DNA of 61,822 nucleotides, filler included, from Basidioascus undulatus (Eukaryota): NCBI GenBank assembly GCA_000826855.1. It is 6 parts of 6 records of this genome, joined end to end, with 100 filler letters (N's around TTAATTAATTAA, not from the genome) between each part and the next. Parts side by side here need not be neighbours in the genome. Positions count along the whole stretch, not along the records: positions 34,344 to 37,601 come from JTLS01002469.1; positions 37,702 to 61,822 come from JTLS01000247.1; 4 more parts are not named here. The stretch is one strand, 5' to 3'. A program made the translations under genes and the position numbers. Shown in pieces: positions 37,317-48,926 of the stretch (positions are counted from its first letter, which is position 1; the number at the start of each line of letters is the position of its first letter). The notes under the pieces are model-generated. The model was not told where the DNA came from, did no database searches, and worked only from the letters and a program-made list of their open reading frames with translations.

Positions 37317-37601
37317 TCACTGTGAGGTTACCAAGCACATCAGCGTGCGAGCTTTGAGAGGAACGCGTGGAAGGGGAAAAGGTGGAAGACGCACCGCCTC
37401 CTCGGCGTACTCGCCCTCCTCGGCGTACTCGCCCTCATCAACGTACTCCTCGTCGTCGTCGGCCGACGCGTTCTCGTACTGCTGGTACTCGGCGATGAGG
37501 TCCTGCATGTTGGACTCGGCCTCGGTGAACTCCATCTCGTCCATGCCTTCGCCGGTGTACCTATCAGCCCCAGCCCCACACCCCCCCCCAAAGTTCAGCA
37601 T
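37317..37601 (-). CDS. TUB2: 3' end of beta-tubulin (second or looped copy lying upstream of the start codon)
   Basis: [28 protein letters not shown]...EEGEYAEEA, then an intron and a stop-only exon (TGA 37319-37317). 37525-37601 repeats 34344-34420 with one mismatch. Confidence 0.93.
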   Translation of the reverse strand: MLNFGGGCGAGADRYTGEGMDEMEFTEAESNMQDLIAEYQQYENASADDDEEYVDEGEYAEEGEYAEEAVRLPPFPLPRVPLKARTLMCLVTSQ

Positions 37602-37701
37602 NNNNNNNNNNNNNNNNNNNNNNNNNNNNNNNNNNNNNNNNNNNNTTAATTAATTAANNNNNNNNNNNNNNNNNNNNNNNNNNNNNNNNNNNNNNNNNNN
37701 N
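37602..37701. other. Artificial contig spacer
   Basis: TTAATTAATTAA at 37646-37657. Confidence 0.98.
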
Positions 37702-38115
37702 CAAGCTTTCCGCCTTACCACCAACTCCGCCGCCTCCCTCCTCCCCCCGCAGGCCGCCCCGCAAATCATGCTCGCCCGGCATGCGTTCGTGCCCTCCCTG
37801 CCGGACGAGCTCGGGCTCGCACCCGGCGAGCGCGTGGGGATCAAGAAGACGTTCGACGACGGCTGGGGGCTCGTCTTCTCCCTCGAGACCGGGCGGGAGG
37901 GCATGATCCCCATGGAGGTCGTCCGCCCCGAATTGGGCGAGGTCGTCCGCATGGACTCGGTTCTCGACCCCAACGCCGGGCCGCCTAGGCTCCCGGAGCT
38001 CAGCGTTGGCGGGGCCGACAGGTTCTCGCTCGGCCTTCCACCTCCCAGTCCCGGCTTCGCTGGCGCGGACGGGAGGCGCAGGAGCTCGCTGATGCACCAG
38101 CCGCCGATGGAGTAG
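37702..38115 (+). CDS. C-terminal SH3-domain exon of a gene broken by the gap
   Basis: ARHAFVPSLPDELGLAPGERVGIKKTFDDGWG...GREGMIP fits the SH3 consensus. Confidence 0.8.
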   Translation, partial: QAFRLTTNSAASLLPPQAAPQIMLARHAFVPSLPDELGLAPGERVGIKKTFDDGWGLVFSLETGREGMIPMEVVRPELGEVVRMDSVLDPNAGPPRLPELSVGGADRFSLGLPPPSPGFAGADGRRRSSLMHQPPME

Positions 38116-38879
38116 GGCGGGTACGCCCCGGTCCAGCATGTCTGAGGGCCTCCCCTTCCCCTCTCCCTCGTCGTCTCCCTCTTCCTCCCTTACGCACACT
38201 TCTGGCCCCGTCTTTCTATTTTTCCGGACCTGTTTGTATTCTACTCTGCTTATCGTACCCATTCGCCTTCGTGCCTGGTGCTCGACCATTGCCCTTTCTA
38301 TCGCTTTGCATGTCTGGAACGCTCGCGGATGATATGTAGATGTAACTATCTGTCGTATCGCTTAGGTATCTTACATAGCATAGCTTGCTTGATTGTGATT
38401 GGATTTGATTTTGATACCCCCGCTGTACTGCTGATTGGTCGGAACAAGTGATGGGTGGAAGGCGTATACCGCGCGCGGGGGCGCTGGCTTCGAGGGTGGC
38501 TTCGAGAATGCCGAGGGAGGCCCGAAGCTCGAGACGGTCGGATCATTCTGCTGTGGACGACGGCGCTGAGCTTGCATCTCCCGAGGAGAGGCGTGGCGTG
38601 CGTTGGCCACCTTGCAGTCCTGAAGCATGGATCACAACGGAAGCGAGCACCAAGCCAGACAGTCAGCGTTGTCAGGTCAATGCGCAAGCGATCGCCGCTC
38701 CGAGACGTTGTATTGTATCCGTGAGGCATGTTTTTCAGAACTCACAAGCAGACATCTATCATCCGAGCGAAGGAATGATCCAGCGCGCAATGCATCAACC
38801 CCCTCCCCTATCCGTCGCCCCTCTACTCTCCCCAATTCGCATACTCCCGGTGTCCTGACGTACCCCGTCCCCCGCCCAG

Positions 38880-39256
38880 CCCTCTCCGGCACCTCCTTCA
38901 TCGGCGCGCCCCCCTCCTCCGCCGGCGATGCGCGCGAGCCGCTCCCCGCGTTCCACACGATCGTATTCTCGAATGACTTTTCGCAGACGGGGCTCGAGAT
39001 CGAGGCGGGCGAGGACGACACGCGGATTGTGGTGATTGCGGGCGAGCCGCTGGACCAGCCTGTTGTGCAGGTGCGTTTGGGGTTCTCCACCTGCTCTGCC
39101 CAGCTTTTATAAATAACTGATTGGATTGATTTATAGTATGGCCCATTTGTGCTCACATCTCGCGAGGAAGTTATTCAAGCATTTGAAGATTACGAGCTCC
39201 GCAAGAACGGGTTCGAGAACGCCGGGTGGAAGAGCAAGATTGGGGGGCGGCGCTGA
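38880..39256 (+). pseudogene. Pirin, last two exons only (C-terminal cupin); 5' exons absent
   Basis: LSGTSFIG...RIVVIAGEPLDQPVVQ|YGPFVLTSREEVIQAFEDYELRKNGFE...WKSKIG. An acceptor is present at 38878-38879, but no pirin exons were recognised upstream. Confidence 0.75.
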
Positions 39257-42200
39257 GCGCTGAGGGGGCGGGCCCTGGATGACTCCTGTCAAAACCATTT
39301 GAAGTCTCCTACTCGTAATAACAGGCCCATACGCAGTGAAAAACCCTTCAAGACTATCAGCTTGTTCTGATGGTCCGAAGACGACTCAAAAGCGGCATTA
39401 TATCGGGGAGCTGTGGCTGTCCAGCTTCGAGCGTTGTGGGTATACCTTGCGCTCGGGCGCCTTGACAGCGGTTTTGAAAACGATCGACAAGGGCAATTAC
39501 TCAATGAAAACAGCGGTGTGACATGTGCGGGTGGTCAGCCTTGCCGGGGCCTCACCGAGCGCTGTCTCCAGAACAGCAGTCGACGCGTGCACTGCACGAA
39601 TCTTTCTGTCGGGAACCGAAGCTTTTGCGATTTTACCTGTAGTGTGAATGCACAAGTTTTGCCATGGATAAACTGTCGGTGCAGTTAGGAAAGCTACCTC
39701 GTCCCACCCTTCCGTGTCCTACGCACTGCCAGCCAGCATTCAGCTCAGCACAGCAGCCCTTCCAAGGACTTCCGACACACCATATACGACTGGAATCAAA
39801 CGCTCCACAATTGCAGTGACAAACCGTATTAGTGTGTTCCACCGTGTCCGACCCGCCATGTGCTTTTCAACTATTCTGGCCTTGTGGGCATGGTTGCACA
39901 TGGTCGCCTGTTTGTGGACCGCTGTTCGCCAACAGTTGGCAGTAGTGTTCCCCAACGGTTCGCTGAACAGTTCAGGAGCAGTTTGGTCCAGATGGGGATG
40001 TCGCGGCCGGTAGAGGGCGTCAAATTGGCTCCATAAGTTCAATCTTATGACGTGTCGAGGTCACGCTGAGTTGACCACTTTCAATCATAAATTGTCGCAT
40101 GTTGCTGTACCGTTGCTCCCTCCAAATGGACTGACGCGGCGGCATACGAGACACTTCTACGAGCAAAGGCTTGATTGAGCCTCAGCACTCGCGGCAAGAT
40201 ACCGCTGGCGCTCCGTGGTCCGCCAATCATTGGCTCACTCAGTCGGCATCCTCCGTTGGTATGGCCATCGACATGGCCGTCTGACTCACCGAGCGCTTCG
40301 CTGGGCGGACTCACCGAGCGCTTTGGTCTTGTCCACCACCTACGGTCTCAACCTTCTAAAGCTTCCAGTACAACCTCCACGCATTGCCGAAGAGCAAGAA
40401 TGGCGACAGGCAAAATTCTTCACCTCACGCGGATGCGCAGGCCGAGCACAAGTGAGTCGATCTCTTCGTGCCTCACATATAGAAGTTCATTCTGACCTGA
40501 GCACCGGATGGGGGGGTGGGGGCAGCCAACTTGCAGTGTTGCTGAGGATTTGTCCAGTCCGTCCGACATGCATAGTTTCATGTCGTTGTGAGGTCCATCA
40601 CTGGTAGCATAACCTGTCTACAGACAGTCCAGGGTGCACCCCTCACTGCCTTGGGCCGCTCGCAATCCCGAGCGCTCACGAGGCCACGAAAGACAACATC
40701 CAGAAGCCCGCCGAAATTCTCGTCTCGTCTCGTGTTCGTCTAACCTAACTCTTTCCTTGCTATGCGGACACATCTATGCACTGCTGACACTTCCATGTTC
40801 CACCCGTACACAGCTGCGCCGCCCCATGCAGACGCTTGTTCTCAGCTACCCGGACATCAAAGCGCGCCTTGAGAAAGAGGGCAAGCCGGTCGTCCTCCTC
40901 ACGCGACTGCAAGAGATAAATGCATACCCTTGTGATATCACGAGAGCGCGGTCAGCTCGGCATCTTCGAGGGTGCGGCACCGCCTAACGACGGCAAACGA
41001 CGACGCCTCGCTTGCTCAGTGACTCGCTCGAAACCAATCGAAACGACCCTCAACATTCCGCCCACCGTCCACCTGGGTCAACCCATACATCGACTATGAC
41101 GATGGCACAAAGCTACATAAAGTCGTGCTTTGGTGATCCTTCTCACCGCTCCGTCCAGAAGTTGACCAACCACCTCGACCGCTGCGCGCTGTGCTGGCCG
41201 TCTTGGTGGCTACCGTCTTCGGCTCGCACACCTTTGATCAATTCACCTTGACTGTCTATCGAACTGGGCGAGCGCACCCTCGAGGCTCCGGACCAGTTGT
41301 TTCTCTCATTGGATGCGCTCAATCAACCGCCCTCGGCATCTTCAGCCTCTACAGCAGTGAGCTGAACGGGAAGATTGTCAGAGTGATTCCTGAATCGCAG
41401 CTTGGCCACGCTCGCCTTCAGGTGTCTCTCCTGCGGCTTGTCCCCTAACATCCCCCCTTCCACATTCACACTGACCAACTGGCTATATGACCTTGCCACC
41501 AAGTAACTCCACACTGTTCCAGCTCAGCAGCGCTCTGTGTCTGCCCGTTCGCCAGCCTGGGAATCAGGAGGTCTGCACCCCATTGCAGATGGTTGTAGAA
41601 CAGCCACTGTGGACAGTCCGAATCCGATGTAGGCATGGAGAAGTCAAGGCGGCGGATCAGATAAGACAGAAATACTGTGCCAGTATGATCTACCTCTATA
41701 GTCACTTTGCTTTCCTTGAAAATAAATTGCAGCCTCCCCAGACGCAATTGTCCACACGCTTCTCTGAAGCTGGCAAACTTGTTTTGTCACCTGCCGGTGT
41801 ACACAGTGAGTCGGGACCTTTTTCTCTCCCTTCCATATCGGGACCCTGTTGCCGTCGTTCCAGCTCCCGTGCCTTGTGGCTCTGCATTGTGACTCGTCAT
41901 CTTGGCCAGGGGCGGTGATGCAACCCCTTCAGCCAGGTGGGTTGACACTACCCTGAACATGAACGGCCAGGGTCGTTGGTAAAAGAGAACAACATGAAGT
42001 TCAACTGAAGACGAACAGTCAACAGGTCGGCGTTGCCGGCCTCACTGCGCGCTGACTCCAGAGCGCACAGCGTGTCTGTGCACTCAACGAAAAATAGGGA
42101 GCAGCATGCTTGCCTGAATCTTTAGGTCGCCAGAACCAAAGGTACCATGGCTTAAGTAAGCCAAAGGGGAAGGCAAAAGCTTCCTTCAATACAGTCCTGC

Positions 42201-42365
42201 ATTGTCGCCAGAAATCTTGCCTTTCGCAGGCCCTTCTGACCTCGTACCTTGCTCCGCAGTCAAGCGCCCAGCCACCCAACATTGCATGACAGGACAGATA
42301 TCAAAACCAAACGTTTCATAAGACGAAAATGTGTATTAGTGTAGATACTGATCAATGGCCGATCC

Positions 42366-42634
42366 TCAGTGCCGCCCCCCAAATTTGCTCTTCCACCCGG
42401 CGTTCTCGAACCCGTTCTTGTGGAGCTTGTAATCCTCAAACGCCAGAATAATATCCTCCCTTGAGCAAGCAACGAACTGTCCATACTAGACGTCGAAGTC
42501 GTAATCAAAATCAGCTGTGAACAGGAGGAAGTGTTGGGGGGGGAGGGGAAGCGGGCCTGAATGACGGGCTGATTGAGCGGCTCGCCAGCAATGACCACAA
42601 TCTGCGTGTCGTCCTCGCCCGCCTCGATCTCCAG
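42366..42634 (-). pseudogene. Second pirin C-terminal remnant, inverted relative to the first
   Basis: LEIEAGEDDTQIVVIAGEPLNQPVIQ|YGQFVACSREDIILAFEDYKLHKNGFENAGWKSKFGGRH*. The donor is non-canonical (GCCCGC) and similarity stops abruptly upstream. Confidence 0.75.
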
Positions 42635-43037
42635 CTGGCACGAGTTACTAATTAGGTTTCTCGCCGTCAAAGTGTCAGAATTCAGAAGATCATTCACCTC
42701 GAAAGGCTAGAAATGAGTATGAACGCTTGCCCATGGTCGGCTTGGAGGTGGGAATGTGATGGGTCATCGCCGGTCAAGCCACACATGGTAACACAAGACA
42801 CACAACAAGAGAGCAGGAATAACTGAAGAAGGGACAAGCTAAGAGTGTGTCCAGGGAAGTGGGAGTTCAGCAACGAACGCCGCTTGAAGAGGTTGAAAGA
42901 GGTTGGGTGCGACCGTCGGCATCTCCGGCGCAATCGCTACCGCTGACCAGCGACTCAGTCAACATCCCCACCTTGCCCCGCACCTCGGCCTCAGCGTCAT
43001 CCTTGGTTCACCAATCAGTTTGCGCGACAGACTGATA

Positions 43038-43040
<3 letters not shown>

Positions 43041-43108
<68 letters not shown>
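43041..43108. repeat. (GT)34 microsatellite with one interruption
   Basis: Read directly from the sequence. Confidence 0.98.
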
Positions 43109-43109
<1 letters not shown>

Positions 43110-44780
43110 GATGCTCTGCTTAGAACTGGCCTGCACGATCCTCGCAACGTTTCCACCGTCACCGTCACAAGAAATCACTCGCACCCATTGCTACAATCCG
43201 CATTCCTGCAACACATCTGATTGCTCTATCTACCTGTCTACATTGGACTGTTGTTGCAAACCGTTCAGCACCACAAATACCGGGACTCTGACCGCTAGAC
43301 TTGCCTAACGCTGAAGCAGAAGGCCTGCCGTTCGAGCAACTTGTCGAGCGCATCGAAGTCGGCAGCGCCACGAGTACCGCGAACGAAAAGAACGGGAGAT
43401 TGTGCGAAAGGATGCGAGGGACTTTCAGGCGACATGTGGATGTTTGTATGTCAAGATGAAGATCAAGTACTGCGGTGTTGCTGCAAGAAGGTCGAGGAGG
43501 CCCGCAAAGGAGAAACAAGCGGTCTTACGGGGAGGAAGACAGGAGTTGCCACGTGAAAACCAATCCGCTGCAAAGCGCCAAATACGGAGCTGCCTGTGGA
43601 ACCTACACACATTTTCAAGCTACACCCAACGAAAAAAATCCGCGTCAACATTCCCTCAAAATGGCATAGGATCGTTGCCCTAGTTGCACCTTCTGGTATG
43701 CAGTTCAGCTCCCAGCCACCAGCCCATGCTGTTACCTAACGCCCGGCTGCTATGGGCTGCCACATTCGGTTCTGCCCACCAACTGCATTGCGCCTCCAGA
43801 ACCCCCATGTACTTGATGATGTTACATACTGAAAATTGGCTTGAATATTTTGCGTGGACGCGTTTACGGAAACAACCAAGCAGGCAGGTGACCTGTCAAA
43901 TGTCACTACTCACTACTGTAATCCGGTGTCACCCGGACGTCTGCATGTCCGGGCCGAAGTCCACAGCCGCCGACTCTCGAGCTCATGTGTTCTCATGATA
44001 TTGCTGTCCTCCCATTGCTGATACCCAGCAATAAGTACTCATGCAGACTTTCTATAAGTACTTTGTCTGAGCTGTCGGCTCAGCCACAGGCGCAGGGTGT
44101 TCACGAGTCGGCTGGGCTGGCGCTCCTGCAGCTGAGGTTGTTCTCAGCTGATCGCAACCTTGCTCGTGAATGCCGCTAAACTTGCCTATGTCGAGTAGGG
44201 AGGTTACCCACGAAGCTTGTAAACTCCAGCATGTATGTCATATCACGGCTAGCTTGCTTGACCGTTGTGCGGAACTCTGCCGGCAGCAAGAAACATCACC
44301 GCAAGTAGCGGGTCGGCACAAGTTGGTAGGAACGCACCTGCAGATTGCATCTGTGAATGACGGAGGAGCGCATCGGAGGTAGACCTGCACGTGAACGAAC
44401 CTATCTATCTGCGCAGGTTGGGCGTGCAGCGGGCTCCCCCGACAGCCGTTTAACTGTAGGCCATTCACGCCGCCTTGCCCTGAGCGTTCGGATTCGGGCA
44501 ATCCCGCTCATGGCGTTGCGCCTCCGATTGCCTGCTCTGTTAGTGGAAATATTGAACGCTCTTCTTCGAGTTCTTTGAGCTCCGAGCATCCCCCCAATGG
44601 CGTGACACTCGACTTTCATTCAACGCTAGTGAGGCCATGGGGACAGCCGGCTGGTGCGCGATGCTCTCAGGGCGGAGCGCATATAAAGCAGCTGGAACGA
44701 TAGACGACCCTTTCTCTCCCCTCACTCTCAGCACACTTCAGGCACTTCTTCTCTGATACCCTCTCCCATCAGCCATCGCC

Positions 44781-46215
44781 ATGATGTCCCAGAACTCCTC
44801 GAACGAGACGGGCGACTTTCAACTGCGCAAGGAGGTGACTAACAAGACTCTTGCTTCTGAAAATGCCGGCCGCACGCCTTCGCAGCTGGAAGAGGGGGCG
44901 CGGTATGAAGCGTTAACTCTGGATGCGAAGGACCACCCAACCTTGGGCAAGGGCTTCTATGGGCGCGTCGGGAACCCGACGGTCATGTGAGTCGAGTGTT
45001 CTCCTTGTTGCAAGACTCCGCCGAAGCTGAGCGCTGGGAGCGATACAGGGGTCTTGGGGCTCACGGAGTCACTCTGATGTAAGTCTGTACGGACCGGGCC
45101 CATTAGTTGGTCGTGTTGGTCTGATCCCTTGGTGAACGCGCACAGGTCTCTCGGCGTTGTGTTCTGCGGTTTCCGTGGTGTCACAATCAACCAGGCCGCC
45201 GTCGGTAATCTCTGCTTCTCCGCTGGCTTGTGAGTAGAAGTTCCTCCAAGAAGCATGCTTCTAGAGCCTCAAAATTATGGGGCGTCAGGTACATGTTCGT
45301 CTGTGCGCAATGGGAGCTCGTGCTGGGCAACACCTTCGCCTGGGTGGTCTTCGGCAGCTTCAGCGGCTTCTACCTTTCGTGAGTGATTCCCGACACTGTA
45401 TTTTACTATTCAAAACCCCGGAGATTTTTACATTGTATACTTCTTAGGTTCGCTGCCATCCTCATCCCTTGGTTCGGAGTCACAGCCGCCTTTGCCGATG
45501 CCCCTGAAAGCGTCATGAACAATGCGTTGGCTCTGTGCGTACCCAACAGCGAATTTCTGGAAGTATTAAGCTTACACGACTTGAACTTATTACAGTTACG
45601 TATGTACGTCACCACTGCAGTTCCCCAGTCTCCCACACTCCCCCGTCCTGCCTGTGGCGCCTCGCGCCCCTTCTCCTTCCTTCAACTCGACTGGAACTGA
45701 CTTAGTGATCTGCTCTCCCAGACGTATGGTGTGGAATTTTCATGATCATCTTCCTCGTCTCTTTGAAGGTCAGATTCTTCGTACTATTGATTGACTTATT
45801 GGCCAGCTTGCTGAGTTGCTGCCTTCGGCGCGGCAGACAAACTTCGTCTTCGTGATGATTTTCTTGGGAGTCGTCGTTGGGGCGTTCTTCGGTAAGAAGT
45901 TTGATTCGCTTGATGCCCAGTTAATAGTAGTGCTCATGGCAAGACAACAGCTGGCGGCATGTACGATAACCTGGCGAGTGGCGCCACTGCTGCTGCCGGG
46001 CGGTACTCTACGGTGAGTGAACGCCTGAACATTCTCCTCGCGATCTCTAAAGCTGAGGACATCCCCAGGCGGCGGGGTCCTTCCTTTTCATGTCTGCGGC
46101 GTTCGGCTTCTACGCGACCTTTGTCCAACTGCTGGCCGCCGTGGACTTTCCCTTCGCGCTCCCCATGGGTGACTTGAGCAGGTTCTGGCCTAAGCCTAAG
46201 CCCAAGAAGGCTTAG
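44781..46215 (+). CDS. GPR1/FUN34/YaaH (Ato/SatP) acetate transporter, ~11 exons
   Basis: GNPTVMGL (variant of NPAPLGL), AQWELVLGNTFAWVVFGSFSGFYLS, LKTNFVFVMIF, FALPMGDLSRFW. The frame is intact when an 8-nt micro-exon is used. Confidence 0.88.
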
Positions 46216-46556
46216 GGTGAAGAGGGGGACGCTGGCGATCTGTAGGCGGGGCTGATTCGACAAACGCGCTCTCGAGAACAAATGTTGTAGAAGAGTTGCA
46301 GAGCCTAGACCGGGCTTGAAGTACCATCACAATCTAATAATGCGCTGTTCGAGTTCATTGCTGAATGCTCCAAGAACTTAACGCGAAGGCGGCCCTGTTT
46401 GCTCCGATAATTATTCGACTTGTGCACAGCATCGGTGCCCAGCCCGAACTTGAGATACCGTTCACCTCGCTAACATCAAGGCCAGGCGCCTTTGAGACGT
46501 CCACGACCAGCATGAATTCCACAGGCCGTGCTGCAAAAACCGCACGGGAACTATTC

Positions 46557-48280
46557 CTAGGCCCACAACAACGTCCCAAACCCCGGAAATGGAGGCGGAA
46601 AGTTGTCCCTCCGGGCTCGCGAGGTCGACGACCGACGCGATGTTGCCGATGTCGAGACCTGCGACCGAATAGTAGTACGTATATGGAAGCTTAAACACTG
46701 GCTGAATGGGGTAGATGGCGTCCTAAGATCATCTCCGCTTCGATTGGCGCTAGTGGTTGGTGAACGCAATGTGAAAGAACGGGAACGGGCCGTCGAGAGC
46801 TGGCTGCTAGCCCACCAATGTCCTGATGGCGTAAGAGGAGGGATTAATACCCAGTTTTACTTGGTCACAGATGGGCGACCTACATGCAGTTCGAAAAAGC
46901 ATCACGGTTCCAGGTTATTGTGCCGTTCTGCAGAAAGGCCTCGATGAGTACGCGTGTCGCGACAAACTATGGCGGCGAGAGCGCACGACTGCCGTGAACT
47001 CAAAGCCCTTCGAGAGCAAGGATCCAGACGTGTCGAAGCACGCTCCGCCATCGCCCTGAGCACGAGCGATCTGGCATGCCTCGGCAAGGTTGGACAGTTC
47101 CAGCTGCATGTGGGCTTGGTCGCGGCCGGATTCACCTGTGGAGACGCGTCAATACTTGCCGCACTTCTTGTCGAGTATACTGCACTGGAGGTTACGTACC
47201 AACTTGTCCATGCGCAGGATCGATAGCCTGGAAGGGACATGTTATCAAGTGCACTCGGAAGATGAGGGGGTCTGACATGCAGAAGCTCACGTAAGGAATC
47301 CCAACGCAGCGGAGCCCCTCGCATGTCAGCCTGCTGCGGCGTCGACCCGTTGATCAGGCTGAGGCCGGTGTCGTAAATGGTCGGGTTGTCGAGAAAGACG
47401 CTGAAGATCATGAAGGCTAGGGGGTTAAGCCGTCTCCCCAAGTCAGAAATCCGTCGTAGTCGAGTGCCCGTGTGCTTTACCTCGAGCTTTGGCTTGGCCC
47501 TGCAAGGTAAGTAAGCGCGTCGCTTGTGAGCATTGAAGGAGGACTACACGAAACGAGGGATACGTTCTCACCCAGTTGAACGACAGCGTGGTATTCTCCA
47601 ACGGCGGGATGAAGACCTGTTAGTCCGTGAACCGCCAATCCCGCCGTCCGTCCAGCCTGCGTTGGTGTGGCGGAGAAGCTCGGCAGCGTTGGTGAGCATT
47701 GCACTGTCTTCAGCCCGAAAGGTGGTCGACGTAAGTTTATCACTCGTCCAGGATTTAGGAAAGGGACGCACACAATGCCAGGCGCAGTGTCGCATCTTCC
47801 ACCAATCACGGTCCACATCGCTGCTGACCAGGAGTCGATAATCTCGATCGACTTGTCCGCATGAGCTTGATCGCCCGTAATGGTCCACTGCCAGGGGTAT
47901 CAGTCCACTCACTGATTGTACATACATTGGCTTCTTGACGCACCGCCAGCGCGTTCTGATAAGCGGCAGGTAAGTCATACCCTACCCGATCCCACTCATG
48001 GTCAGATTTGGTACGCACATTAATGGGTCGATGAACCCACAGCATCCCAGCCGGTCTTCGACGCGTTAAGCAGTGCGGCTGGGCCCTGCATCTCGTATAC
48101 GGAAGAGGGGTACGGATCATCGCGGAAGACGGCGTATGCTGCCTGCCAGGTAGGATCGGTCGACTCTGCCTTGGCTTTGATCTCCGAGAGGTTTGTGGTG
48201 TTGTGAAGGACACCAGGGTGGATGAAGGCTGACACGGTATTGGATGATACGAGGAAGAGGAAGGCGAGCGGAAGAGCCAT
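46557..48280 (-). pseudogene. Secreted chondroitin AC/alginate lyase-like gene, frameshifted
   Basis: Signal peptide + FIHPGVLH, NAAELLR, FNWG, FSVFLDN, ESGRDQAH, GFEFTA, GFGTLL. There is a frameshift plus TAA at ~47615-47640 and another frameshift near 46610. Confidence 0.72.
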
Positions 48281-48799
48281 GGCTGATCTACAGCGCGGCA
48301 TAGTGACGGAGATGGTTGCACGGCAAGGAATAAGTAGAACAGATAAAGATAGGTGGGTGAGATGGAGGAGTTTTTGAACGGTGCGGACGGGTATGGCCAA
48401 GTGTAAATTGATCACGGAGTCGTCGTCTGGGGCCCTGGCCAAGTGCAAGACGGCGAGGGCGGACCGCGTCTAAGGGGTGTTTGACTGGGCTTGAGGCACA
48501 GGTCCACGCATTGTCTTCTTTAACCACACTCCAAACGCTATCCGCTGAGAACTTGGAAAAGTGTACAGACAACGAAGGTAATGGCAGCAACCTGCACTGC
48601 GGACGCACAGGGTGTTTCAGGTGCCTCAACGGTCTGAGGAGCAACTTCGACGCCTGGCGAGCTAGAGAATAATTCTTCATTTACCTGGCATGGCAAGCCA
48701 ATAATCACCAAGTAGACCTTCCAGACTCTTTCAGCGCGTTATGTTCGGTCGAAGAAAACGAAACAGCAGCCGCTGAACAGCAAGTCAGCAAGCCGCACG

Positions 48800-48816
48800 A
48801 AATTTGGGCACGTGAC
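48800..48816 (+). promoter_or_regulatory. Possible RiBi promoter elements (AAATTT RRPE-like core and CACGTGAC E-box) upstream of BMS1
   Basis: AAATTTGGGCACGTGAC lies ~110-125 bp before the BMS1 ATG. Motif match only. Confidence 0.3.
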
Positions 48817-48926
48817 CTACCGCGAAATGTCGGCAGGGAAGACCTTTCCCTTCACGCCTCAAACTTCCATCTCGCTATCGCTCCTCTGCACCGCTCTATC
48901 ACCCTCCGTGCCCACTAATCGCAGCG

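Noticed and set aside
42903..43308. Cys-Val and His-Thr repeat ORFs
   Set aside because: Translations of the (GT)n microsatellite.
27255..46215. Acetate/peroxisome cluster (citrate synthase, Ato transporter, with PEX16 further left)
   Set aside because: The genes lie on different contigs joined artificially.
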